This document shows, in pieces, positions 29,401 through 37,753 of a stretch of DNA of 64,000 bases. The first letter of the stretch is position 1. Each line of letters starts with the position of its first letter. The notes beneath the pieces are model-generated. The model worked only from the letters and a program-made list of their open reading frames with translations. It was not told where the DNA came from and searched no databases. The DNA comes from an uncultured virus (IMG/VR IMGVR_UViG_3300025870_000001) (Duplodnaviria > Heunggongvirae > Uroviricota > Caudoviricetes): the IMG/VR virus record IMGVR_UViG_3300025870_000001, one strand, 5' to 3'. The position numbers and the translations under genes were made by a program.

Positions 29401-30567
29401 TCCATTTAATCCTGTAACGCCGTCCGATGCGAGTTGTGGAGTGCTATAATCCCAAATCTGATTTGCACCAAGAGAATCTGTTTTTGGCCAAGAATTTGTA
29501 CCAGACTGGTCTGGGCCCAAGCCTTTTGGCCCTACTAGAGCTCCATATGGAACATCAATTGTTTTCCCCCAATGATATGCAATTACAACATTTACAACTG
29601 CCATGTCAGTAATCCATGTCATAGGTGTAGTAGAAGGGTTTCTTTTTAGTTTAAAAGTTGATTTTCTTGTAGCAACATCACTAGATACTACATAATCATC
29701 TTTTGGCAATACTCTACCATTCAAAGATACTCTGAATTCGCCACTACCTAAATCGCCTTCAATTAATGGAAAATCATCCATTAAAGTAATGTAGGTGGTA
29801 TCGTCTGCTGGATCAATCGCCGAAAAACCTGTTCCAGCAACCGCGCCGCTCATATCTTTTGTAGCAGTTTCTCTATGCTCAGTAACAACCTTCCACAACT
29901 GATCTACCTGTCTTTGTGTTGGAAGTACTGTAGAACCGTCATTGCCAAAATCGTGGTTATATCTTACTGAAACTGTATTTTTAAATCCTTCTCCTACATA
30001 ATCTCCTTCGTTTATTTCTTGGACACCAGTCGGACTTGCTGCAACAAAGTCAGTATTGTTAGAGAATTTTGATCTGAAGATTTCTGGAGTTTCAAATGGA
30101 TGAATACACAAGTCGTGAGCTAATTGAAAAAATAATCCACCATCATTACCAGTAAATTTTTCCATTGCCTCAATATAATTGATGTTTAAAGTTTCGCCAG
30201 TGATAGGTTTTGCGGTTTCACTAAACACTAAGGCACCAAATTCACCAATACCAGAAACATATTTTATGCTCCCTTCTCCTGCTAAAGTTGAGCCTTCTTC
30301 ATATGAGTTTGCAACCCATTCTTGAATTTCAGTAAATCCTGCAGTCAAATTATTTTTGAGTATGTTTTTACCTTGGGTTCTGTCCAAAAACAGTCTCACA
30401 CTACCCAATCTGATATCCCAATCCCAAGTCTTATCTGTGAAATCTGGTTTAGATCTCAACAAATATGTATCTGTGCCGGAATTGGCATTATGTATTTCTT
30501 TCTGTGATCTATGAATGACATCAACAATGTCATTTCTCTGAACACTAAATCCACTGGCAATAGGCAT
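26425..30567 (-). CDS. Virion structural protein, paralogue family member C (1380 aa)
   Basis: Same ordered motif set (KPQKWRIRF ... DDDYAWFVVQRHVD ... RFIVREQDVLKPWDYH ... GNGMRIF). AAGGAG RBS. Confidence 0.75.
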   Translation of the reverse strand: MPIASGFSVQRNDIVDVIHRSQKEIHNANSGTDTYLLRSKPDFTDKTWDWDIRLGSVRLFLDRTQGKNILKNNLTAGFTEIQEWVANSYEEGSTLAGEGSIKYVSGIGEFGALVFSETAKPITGETLNINYIEAMEKFTGNDGGLFFQLAHDLCIHPFETPEIFRSKFSNNTDFVAASPTGVQEINEGDYVGEGFKNTVSVRYNHDFGNDGSTVLPTQRQVDQLWKVVTEHRETATKDMSGAVAGTGFSAIDPADDTTYITLMDDFPLIEGDLGSGEFRVSLNGRVLPKDDYVVSSDVATRKSTFKLKRNPSTTPMTWITDMAVVNVVIAYHWGKTIDVPYGALVGPKGLGPDQSGTNSWPKTDSLGANQIWDYSTPQLASDGVTGLNGFIIWPQVSGNPNITEAQGLVGSDVELPTDARKATLSKISEGDVFNLTFQENDEFATPFRLIHPMPASNHLDDVKAALRRITNNFLVESEKGVDLLSDTNLNFLNSLSPAASRKPQKWRIRFDWLENSNEIKVNVATDYQLKDDMSISQPQGRDGIKSPVYREPGELCDVYKEPAIGKGANLSISTAKSQWFRRPQIVDEITQTYPMSYRITCTDHGMGLFLYGQSAVDQDDDYAWFVVQRHVDQTTGQPEFTEKAPVHCVYSPAKRPVDISSISNYYSTDDLADLSPAAPVSNSLGTIFKTEGPTVWIDKSKSIFNGLVNAIDFNSFGYAAGASGYGSGVYNTDVKSDLYRGITGAQGSATETLWSQTVYVIYLNPNSVIALELIPGMFIAAQSGSSPNYVYNGGRVVSWNNVSGELVFTSSADPSAGFNTLTAGDPILIGTSPTGNVTTNNDFTQTNAAQIMDLPGGTGGDMITSRTRVPTDLAITGFNSLPRRRATAFTMGASNSPNALDRDTTAPDGLVEISLDGSEQTATTAPIASWVQQNDMAPSPSRNVIFPENFLDRVSTFAKAASQANSASGVPSVPDAISISDYTEGDSALLDILYNAQQNNAAKVMESMVVTLDDVEVRRDNAAYVLTYDDWVVNGDPTTAGRFLEMLEAAGVETLGSNFKLPAEDAAVVPNLLGEAVSGTINNNVVNSATGRAFFLDKAAGSYTITTSNLTKSSNKQAYTSLLPGDIVWTDGDSTTQEYIYDFMNKTLVFKHAPRSMSNFSISLVNYTSSNPSQNTYIISTPEDRNFPETNMNEVKTINRFIVREQDVLKPWDYHVSATMHEIDSHAIINPQEQLSITQDRNFVFSFPTQITSQRFYYPQSELDLICVSSADFSTQAGHVEINKYGDSDGINGPAGGFGNGEYIPTTTPAMAANQTTRYAGHDGPDQTKYIWRKDARKYEGMVSTLPDGNGMRIFMQVTGSSIRYSDVTEGKAPGSVLGE

Positions 30568-30595
30568 TAAAATCTCCTTTGTGTATTTTTCTTTA

Positions 30596-30603
30596 TATTT
30601 ATA
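30596..30603 (-). promoter_or_regulatory. T4-type late promoter TATAAATA
   Basis: Exact consensus, intergenic, upstream of 30567, preceded by a T-tract. Confidence 0.8.
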
Positions 30604-30636
30604 AAAAAAAATTAGTCTTTATTTGTTTATTTTTTA

Positions 30637-32688
30637 TTATGTTCCAGAACCAACTGGATCATTTGAATCTATATTCGTGTCTGAATTAAAAATGTACTGG
30701 CCATTTACTAAAACCATTATACGCATACCATTACCAAACGCAGCAGTTGATCGCATTCCCTGATATCTTCTCTTATCGTTGTTTACGCCATCGTACAGAT
30801 ATGTTGTCATAGGAATGTTGCTGCTCTCTGCAACCACTTCGGCAGAAGAGAAGCAAATTAAATCTGTTTCTTCTTTTGGATACATAAATCTTTGCGTTGT
30901 CAATCCAGTTGGAAACGTAATTACAAATCTATTTTCATCTGTAATAGATAATTGTTCAAGTGGATTTATAATTGCATTGCTATCTATTTGATGTCTTGTT
31001 GCAAACTTATGAACATCAGAAGGTTTTAAAATATCAAATTCTCTAACAACAAATCTCCAAATATTTTTGGCAGCTGCCTCATCTCCTAAATAATCTTCTC
31101 TATCATGAGGACTTAAAATATAAAATGTTCTTGCATTATCTACTGAGTTTATGTGATACGAGTTTCCCTGATCGTCAAATATTGTATCTATTTGATCAGC
31201 AGCAGTCTGTAAATTTGCAGCCTGACTAGAAAAATAAACTCCAGCATCACTAGAATATGAAGATTCTCTGGAACATGAATATAAACAATGGACAGGAAAT
31301 TTTGAACCTTCATCGGTTCTAGGCAATCCAGTTTCATTATTTACAGTTCTTTGTAGCGCAAACCATGCATAATCATCTGCCTGATCTCCAGCGGCATCGT
31401 CATAAATGTAAAGAATTAATCCTCTTTCTGTCATCGTAAGTCTATATGAAAACGGATATGTTCCTTCTAGTGTCGGATCAGTTTTTGGATATCTCTTAAA
31501 CCACCCACCACCTTTTCTCTTATTTCTGAATCTTATAGAACGATTATTAATATATTTGGTATAATTAGAAACATCTGCTGGAGCAGTAGCTTGTGCAGTA
31601 CTTCGTCCTGTTGTCGGCATATAAAATGTTGCTAGTGGATATTCAACAAACGTAAATGATGTAGATGTACCCGAGCCGCCATTTGCAGTATCTCTTGTAT
31701 TTGCAGCCGTTTGGTCGAGATAAAGAGGATAGTAAAACGCTGGCACAGTTCCGTAGGTGTTTGTATCTGTTTCGGTTCCATATACATAATATGGCCCACT
31801 ATTTGCAGGGTCTGCAGAAATTACAATATCTTCAAAAGTCAAATCTACCATTTCGCCAGGATTTCTCACGACTGAAGTATCAACTGAAGCTCCATTTTCT
31901 AATGTTATAATTCCATCAGAAGAAAGTTGTGGAGATGTAATACTACCATCATTTAAAATTTGAGATGATGTTCCAGCATTTACCTTTAACCATCCATACA
32001 TTGGATTGGGGATTCCAGAACTATTTTCCCAGCCCGAAGACAATATTCCATTAAAAGTATAGCCAGGATGATATTGATCAGGCACAAATGTAGTTTCATC
32101 AATTGTATTTCCTGCCGAATACTGCGTTCCGCCCCGAGCAGACATTCTTAAATTTAATTGATATAACTCTTGAGAAAATTCTTTATCTCCAGTATTACCG
32201 GCAACATCATAATACAATCTAGGACGCAAATCAAGTTCAAACCTAATTCTATAATTCTGATCAATACCTCTTGCTACTGCCCCACTTTTTGGAAGAATGT
32301 CATCAGAAGATTCGAACACCATAACATGTTGTTCTGGATCGATTCCTGCATTTTTTTGACTAAAATTAGCAACTCCAGAATATGGCCCAGAACCTGCTCC
32401 ATTAGATGTAGATGGACGATTTAAAGAAACTTGTGTAAAAAATTGTTTATTAATATATGTAATAGGATTTGCAATTGTACTATCAACCAGTTCATTTCCA
32501 GCTATAGGATTTCCATTATACATTGTCCAACTTGAAGTTAAATCTTGGGCCAATGCCATCATCGCACCACCAGACACCACTTCACCACTGGATATCTCGC
32601 CAGCACCTTGCAGTGTGGTGAAAGAACTTCTTTGCCTCGACATACCATAACTAGTAAGTGTCGATGGATCTACAAATCTTTGCGCCAT
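30637..32688 (-). CDS. Virion structural protein, paralogue family member D (683 aa, most compact)
   Basis: YRIRF, RNPGEM, WFKR, YPFSYRLTMTERG, DDYAWFALQRTVN, PVHCLYS, RFVVREFDILKPSDVH, INPLEQLSIT, GNGMRIM. Confidence 0.75.
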   Translation of the reverse strand: MAQRFVDPSTLTSYGMSRQRSSFTTLQGAGEISSGEVVSGGAMMALAQDLTSSWTMYNGNPIAGNELVDSTIANPITYINKQFFTQVSLNRPSTSNGAGSGPYSGVANFSQKNAGIDPEQHVMVFESSDDILPKSGAVARGIDQNYRIRFELDLRPRLYYDVAGNTGDKEFSQELYQLNLRMSARGGTQYSAGNTIDETTFVPDQYHPGYTFNGILSSGWENSSGIPNPMYGWLKVNAGTSSQILNDGSITSPQLSSDGIITLENGASVDTSVVRNPGEMVDLTFEDIVISADPANSGPYYVYGTETDTNTYGTVPAFYYPLYLDQTAANTRDTANGGSGTSTSFTFVEYPLATFYMPTTGRSTAQATAPADVSNYTKYINNRSIRFRNKRKGGGWFKRYPKTDPTLEGTYPFSYRLTMTERGLILYIYDDAAGDQADDYAWFALQRTVNNETGLPRTDEGSKFPVHCLYSCSRESSYSSDAGVYFSSQAANLQTAADQIDTIFDDQGNSYHINSVDNARTFYILSPHDREDYLGDEAAAKNIWRFVVREFDILKPSDVHKFATRHQIDSNAIINPLEQLSITDENRFVITFPTGLTTQRFMYPKEETDLICFSSAEVVAESSNIPMTTYLYDGVNNDKRRYQGMRSTAAFGNGMRIMVLVNGQYIFNSDTNIDSNDPVGSGT

Positions 32689-32691
32689 TAC

Positions 32692-35600
32692 CTATTCCTT
32701 TTCCAAATCTTTTAGCCAATCATTTTCCAAAACTCTAACCATATTCTTATATGTTAGATATGCTTTTTCATCTTCTTGTCTATTTATATGAGAAATAGAT
32801 AGGTCAATTTGTTCACCAATCCAATTCCACACGGCATGTGTCTTTGGAATTGCCGTAACGATTTTAGGAGCTATGTTGTAGTATTCTTCAATTTCATTAG
32901 GATAATTTTTCAACAAGAAATTATCTCTGTATATACGCAATGTATTGAGAGTAGTTCCATCATCTGCCTCACCTCGCATTTCTACTACAGCAGTAGTCAA
33001 GAAACATCCACCGCCGCTACTTTGGTTGGATACTGAACCCCCGCCGCTGTCGTTTATATTGTCATCTCGTATTGGACCAGTGTTTCCAACCCCTGTATTA
33101 TTACTGAAAACACCGTCTGGTTGCTGCTTGCGAAGATCTTGTATCTGGGCGTGAGTCATTCCTGTTGAGAAATTAGTTGTTGTGCCAGTAGAAGGTTCGT
33201 AGTGAGAATAAAACGAACCCGAGCTTCCCCCACCATCATTATCATTATTACTTGCCGGTGGAGTAGTTGGAGTGGGTACTGCAACTGCAAAAGATGCTGA
33301 TGTTCCTTCGGTAGTTCCACTTGAAGTTTCTTTAGAACAACTCCAATATGTAATTCCGTCTTGAACATAAAAGTTTCCATGTCTCTCTGAAGAATTACTG
33401 GAACTAAAAGTAGTTGCTGAAAGTTTTATAGAACTAAAATTGTCATGTCCAACTTGAAGCTTTCCGTCTTTTGATCTAGTTTTGATAGTAACTGTTTTAT
33501 TTGGACTAATTCCAATTCCAGAAGTTACTAGTTTGTATACCTCATCATAACCAACCTCGGCCGTTACAGAACCATTGCTAATAGAAATCTGGGCGGGCCC
33601 AATCTCTGCATCAGAAGATGCAACTTTTTTGAAAATTAATTGATGTGCGGTGCTGCCTGTTGTTGTAATATCAAATTTAACATTACATTTTCTGATGAAC
33701 CAATTAGGAACATCTTCTAAGTCTGGGCCATCTCGCACACCCTTAGTTCCAATTGCAATCTCATCTGCAGAATGCCAATCAGGTTCGCGGTATAATGATT
33801 GCACTGGCAATTCGTTTGCAGTATCTACATAATTTGGTGTGATATTGATATTTGCACCTGTGGATTTAAATCCCATTTTTGTTTGGAATTTTCCATTCTT
33901 TTTAATCCTTGCAGTATATCCAATATAATATCTTCTAGGATTTTCTGGGTCATCTGAGCCAGGCAATAAAACATTTAATGTATTAGTTCTGTTAGGTAAG
34001 TCTGTATTAGTACCCTTATCCGAAACTCCATTGGTGACTAGAGATTTTAATACTCTTCCTGTATCATCCATTAAAACTATACCAGCATGAGACATCATAG
34101 AGAATGATGGGCCGTGCTGTCCATATATTTGCACAATCCCATCACCGCCCCTATCTGATTTAGATACAAATCTTTCGCCCTCATTATTATATACATCTGT
34201 ATATTCATTCCTAGAAGCTTTGCCTCCTTGAGGAACTTTGATAGTAATAATTTCGCCAGGCGCAGTTTCAAAATCTCCAAGATATGCAGTTGCAGCAGCA
34301 TACCCCCCATATGTATTCGTCCATCCAAGAGAATTGCTTCCTCTACCACCATGTTGGCCGGGCCCGCCGCCGGCACCAAATGCAGGAGTGCCAGAAGGCC
34401 CAGAAAGATTTGGATATTCCGCTGCTGCTTCTGTTCCTGAACCATACAGAGAATTTCCACCTTTACCAACACTACCATCAGCGCTATGAACCTTGCCCTG
34501 TGCGTCTGCCCATCTAAAGAACATATTGATCGGATGTTTTCCTACTCCAAAATCTGAAAGCACATTACCGCTTAAATCTAATTGGCCAGCATATACTGCC
34601 TCGTCTGGAAATTCTGCAAGTCTTTTTCCCTCACCTTTTTCTGTTTTTTCTCCGCCCACAACTTTCATTATATCACTACGCGCAGTTGTCCAATTTGGAT
34701 CGTTTGATAGTGAAACATCGCCCGAAATCTCAGAATCTGCAACAATAGGAGTTCTCAATACACCATAATACCGTATCCCATTTGCAGTTGAAATTTGACT
34801 TTGCGTTTCATACTGCCAATTAGTAGTTTCCAGTTCATGTTTACTAGATCCAGCATGGCGATTTGAAAAGAAACTTCCCTTAAGCGCGTTGTTCCAATAA
34901 AACTGAACATTAAAGTTTTTATTAGAAGCCATTTGAGATTTTACTTTTACATATCCATTTCCACCATTACCACCAGCACCTGCCTGAGTCGAACCACCAT
35001 CTTTTGGGCCTCCAACACCACCTTGGCCAATACTAGTTACGTTTAATGTAACATTAGATTTTCCTGTTAGATCTATCACAAATGTATTTGATGCGCCTGC
35101 TTTACCACCTTCAGCGCCGTAACCAGTGCGCCAATTTACGGCACCAGAACCACCACCGCCGCCGGCTGCTCTTCCACCATTTCCGCCAGGCTTTCCATGG
35201 ATACTACTGGCCAGTTTTACCCCTCCAGCTCCACCTGTTCCAACTGAACTATTTTCACCCTTTTGTCCATTTGGTCTATAACTTGCATTTTCGAACAATG
35301 TCGTAGAACCCCCATCGGACTTTCCTCTCTTACCCCCGCGGCCTCCAGCGCCGCCGGTTGCAGTTTTAGTATTACTGTTCCATTGTACTATAGTTCCAGT
35401 TCCTGCCGTGCCCGCTGTACCCTGACCTTTCCAGTCATCGCCGCCGGAGCCACCGCCGCCGCCGCCACCTATAATGGTGATGGTATGTTTCATATTACCT
35501 TGTAATGTAAAAGCAGTTTCGGATGTGATTGCTGGATGGTCGACTTCAGTTGGAGTTATTTTTACGAAATCTCCTGTCACCGTTCCATTATTTCCAACAG

Positions 35601-36360
35601 TATGTTGACCCTGTTCTGGAACTATTTGTGTATCTGGAACCCCATCTGGATCTTGGCCGCCGGGCGCTCCATATAATTCGACAGTTCCGTTTTCTGAAAT
35701 AATTCTTGCATCCCCACCCTTATATCCAGATTCTTCTGTAGCAGGCAATGTCTTATCCAATAAAAAGTCACCACTCAATTCAGTTTTCTGAACACTTCCA
35801 GAACCACCACCAGCTGTCGCAACAATTCTAAATCTTGTAAACTTAGCAGGAATTGTCAAAGACCATTCACCAAATTCAAAGTAATCTTTATTTTCTTGAG
35901 TATTTCTAAGAAGTTTTTCAAAATTACTACTAGCACCAACTTCTGTTTCTAAATCAACTTCAACACCTTTTGTTGCGTTTCCGCTCCAAACTTCAACCAA
36001 TGCAGCAGGAGAACGAATGTCAACTGCAACAGCATGTCTATCATTAATGCGTGTTACGTGTTGTCTCCAATTATCTTGAATATCTGTCCAATTATTTACT
36101 TCAGCAGTTTCTTGCCAAAAATCGTCAACATCAATTGGAGGTAATGTAATACTAGTAGGACGAACTTGATCACTAGAACCATAGAAGTCGCTAAAGCAAA
36201 TAGTTCCTCTTGTCGGAATTCCATCGTTTTCAACTATGTCGGGAACATTTACACCATCTCTATAATATTCACTAATACAGTGTGGTGCTGAATTGCTTCC
36301 TGGCCTGAATTCGCCTTGGATTTGTGCTAATGTTACTCTGCCCGTCTTAGGTATCGTCAT
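32692..36360 (-). CDS. Glycine-rich tail fibre adhesin with C-terminal CFI-box-CTERM-like domain (1222 aa)
   Basis: N-terminal TGRVTLAQIQGEF...ISEYYRDG...GTICFSDFYG fibre-tip module; Gly-rich loops (IIGGGGGGGSGG...GGNGGNGYVKV); C-terminal GGGCFLTTAVV...LNTLRIYRDNFL...EEYYNIAPKIV. Confidence 0.75.
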   Translation of the reverse strand: MTIPKTGRVTLAQIQGEFRPGSNSAPHCISEYYRDGVNVPDIVENDGIPTRGTICFSDFYGSSDQVRPTSITLPPIDVDDFWQETAEVNNWTDIQDNWRQHVTRINDRHAVAVDIRSPAALVEVWSGNATKGVEVDLETEVGASSNFEKLLRNTQENKDYFEFGEWSLTIPAKFTRFRIVATAGGGSGSVQKTELSGDFLLDKTLPATEESGYKGGDARIISENGTVELYGAPGGQDPDGVPDTQIVPEQGQHTVGNNGTVTGDFVKITPTEVDHPAITSETAFTLQGNMKHTITIIGGGGGGGSGGDDWKGQGTAGTAGTGTIVQWNSNTKTATGGAGGRGGKRGKSDGGSTTLFENASYRPNGQKGENSSVGTGGAGGVKLASSIHGKPGGNGGRAAGGGGGSGAVNWRTGYGAEGGKAGASNTFVIDLTGKSNVTLNVTSIGQGGVGGPKDGGSTQAGAGGNGGNGYVKVKSQMASNKNFNVQFYWNNALKGSFFSNRHAGSSKHELETTNWQYETQSQISTANGIRYYGVLRTPIVADSEISGDVSLSNDPNWTTARSDIMKVVGGEKTEKGEGKRLAEFPDEAVYAGQLDLSGNVLSDFGVGKHPINMFFRWADAQGKVHSADGSVGKGGNSLYGSGTEAAAEYPNLSGPSGTPAFGAGGGPGQHGGRGSNSLGWTNTYGGYAAATAYLGDFETAPGEIITIKVPQGGKASRNEYTDVYNNEGERFVSKSDRGGDGIVQIYGQHGPSFSMMSHAGIVLMDDTGRVLKSLVTNGVSDKGTNTDLPNRTNTLNVLLPGSDDPENPRRYYIGYTARIKKNGKFQTKMGFKSTGANINITPNYVDTANELPVQSLYREPDWHSADEIAIGTKGVRDGPDLEDVPNWFIRKCNVKFDITTTGSTAHQLIFKKVASSDAEIGPAQISISNGSVTAEVGYDEVYKLVTSGIGISPNKTVTIKTRSKDGKLQVGHDNFSSIKLSATTFSSSNSSERHGNFYVQDGITYWSCSKETSSGTTEGTSASFAVAVPTPTTPPASNNDNDGGGSSGSFYSHYEPSTGTTTNFSTGMTHAQIQDLRKQQPDGVFSNNTGVGNTGPIRDDNINDSGGGSVSNQSSGGGCFLTTAVVEMRGEADDGTTLNTLRIYRDNFLLKNYPNEIEEYYNIAPKIVTAIPKTHAVWNWIGEQIDLSISHINRQEDEKAYLTYKNMVRVLENDWLKDLEKE
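32781..32788 (-). promoter_or_regulatory. Candidate late promoter TATAAATA within the 3' end of the upstream gene
   Basis: Exact consensus ~95 nt upstream of the ATG at 32688; intragenic, so it could be chance. Confidence 0.45.
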
Positions 36361-36382
36361 CGAAATACTCTTTTATTAAATG

Positions 36383-37546
36383 TTAAAATTGTACATATGC
36401 ACAAACATCACCAGAACTTCTAATTGCATTATTCTGAGAACCATTGACTTCCAAATCTCCACCATTGATAGATAGTGTTCCTGTCATTGTATCTCCATTT
36501 CTTCTAACAAATGGAGTCGAATCTGCGCCGGCAAGCAATGGAGCTAGTAATGAATATAAAGAATTTATCGCTGCAACAATATTAGAAATATCTCCAATAT
36601 TACCGTCTAATGCTGATAAATTACCAATGGTTACTTTATCTTCTTTAGTTGCAATGTCTGTCACTAGTGTTGCAATTTGTGTATCGATATCAGTTTCTAA
36701 TTTAGAATCCAAAGATTTTATTTTATCATCCAACAATTTAATATTGTATCTAACTTCAGTACCAACGGCATAATCATTTGCCAAGTCTGCGGCAAGAATA
36801 CCCTGAGAATTTAATCCCACTGAATCTAAAATATTTCCAACTTTTATATTGATAGCATCAATAGAATTTACATTTACAACAATATTATCGCTGTTTACTT
36901 TTACTTGGCTATCTAATTCAATAAGATTTGTTTTTACGGCAGCATTCCCATTGGTTGCTGACATATAATTTACATTATCTCCATTATAATTAAATGTACC
37001 ATTTGCATTAGTTCCGATAGTAGCTCTAAGAGTATCTACCATGTCGGATTCATCTTTTAAACCAGTGTCTAAAGCGTTTAATGCTTGCATCACTGTACTT
37101 GATGTATTGATATAAGTTGCTCCAGTTGGAAAAGATACCGTTCCGTTTGCTGCAAATCCTAATGTTGTTTGTGTTAAATCTAATTCTGATTGTAATGCAT
37201 TGTCTTTAGTCAATCTAATTAATGCTTCAGCAGCTACTGCATCTGTAGTATATTTTTCGTGATATGCTACCGCAGCGTTCAAAGTATCCACGATGGTAGA
37301 TCTTATAATCTTACCATCAATTTCTGTCATTGACCCAATATTTGCGGTATTGGTATCTGCATGAGTATCTACTTCATTGATTGCATCTACTATTGTTGAT
37401 TGTCCGTCAGTGTTAAGAAAATTCAAATTTCCTACATTCTGGGCAGCTGCCTCAGTATGTGCAATCATAGAGTTGGTTTTAACTCTCCACTCTTCGAATG
37501 TATCTGTTTGTATTACACTGACAAGTGTTGGATATTCTACTGCCAT
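36383..37546 (-). CDS. Short tail fibre / connector with coiled-coil segments (387 aa)
   Basis: N-terminal TDTFEEWRVKTN baseplate-attachment-type motif; GNL..L.T...TIVDAINE repeats; C-terminal FVRRNGDTMTGTLSI...SSGDVCAY typical of fibre ends. Confidence 0.7.
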   Translation of the reverse strand: MAVEYPTLVSVIQTDTFEEWRVKTNSMIAHTEAAAQNVGNLNFLNTDGQSTIVDAINEVDTHADTNTANIGSMTEIDGKIIRSTIVDTLNAAVAYHEKYTTDAVAAEALIRLTKDNALQSELDLTQTTLGFAANGTVSFPTGATYINTSSTVMQALNALDTGLKDESDMVDTLRATIGTNANGTFNYNGDNVNYMSATNGNAAVKTNLIELDSQVKVNSDNIVVNVNSIDAINIKVGNILDSVGLNSQGILAADLANDYAVGTEVRYNIKLLDDKIKSLDSKLETDIDTQIATLVTDIATKEDKVTIGNLSALDGNIGDISNIVAAINSLYSLLAPLLAGADSTPFVRRNGDTMTGTLSINGGDLEVNGSQNNAIRSSGDVCAYVQF

Positions 37547-37753
37547 TTAAATTCTCTCCAATATTACGTTTAATATTTTTTTAATTTCGTCCATTTCAGA
37601 TTTAAGGTCTTTTATTTCTTCATCTCTTCTTTTGATAGAGTGCATTTTATTCATATAATCTCTGTATGCATTATTATCAGTATTTATTATAGCCTTAGAA
37701 TGCATATCTCTCTGCAATGTTTTATTTTCTTTTACAATATGTCTGTTTGTCAT
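37547..37753 (-). CDS. Small conserved hypothetical protein of the type found after VrlC-like genes
   Basis: 68 aa, LQRDMHSKAIINTD...Y..YM plus a coiled-coil tail; abuts both neighbours. Confidence 0.7.
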   Translation of the reverse strand: MTNRHIVKENKTLQRDMHSKAIINTDNNAYRDYMNKMHSIKRRDEEIKDLKSEMDEIKKILNVILERI

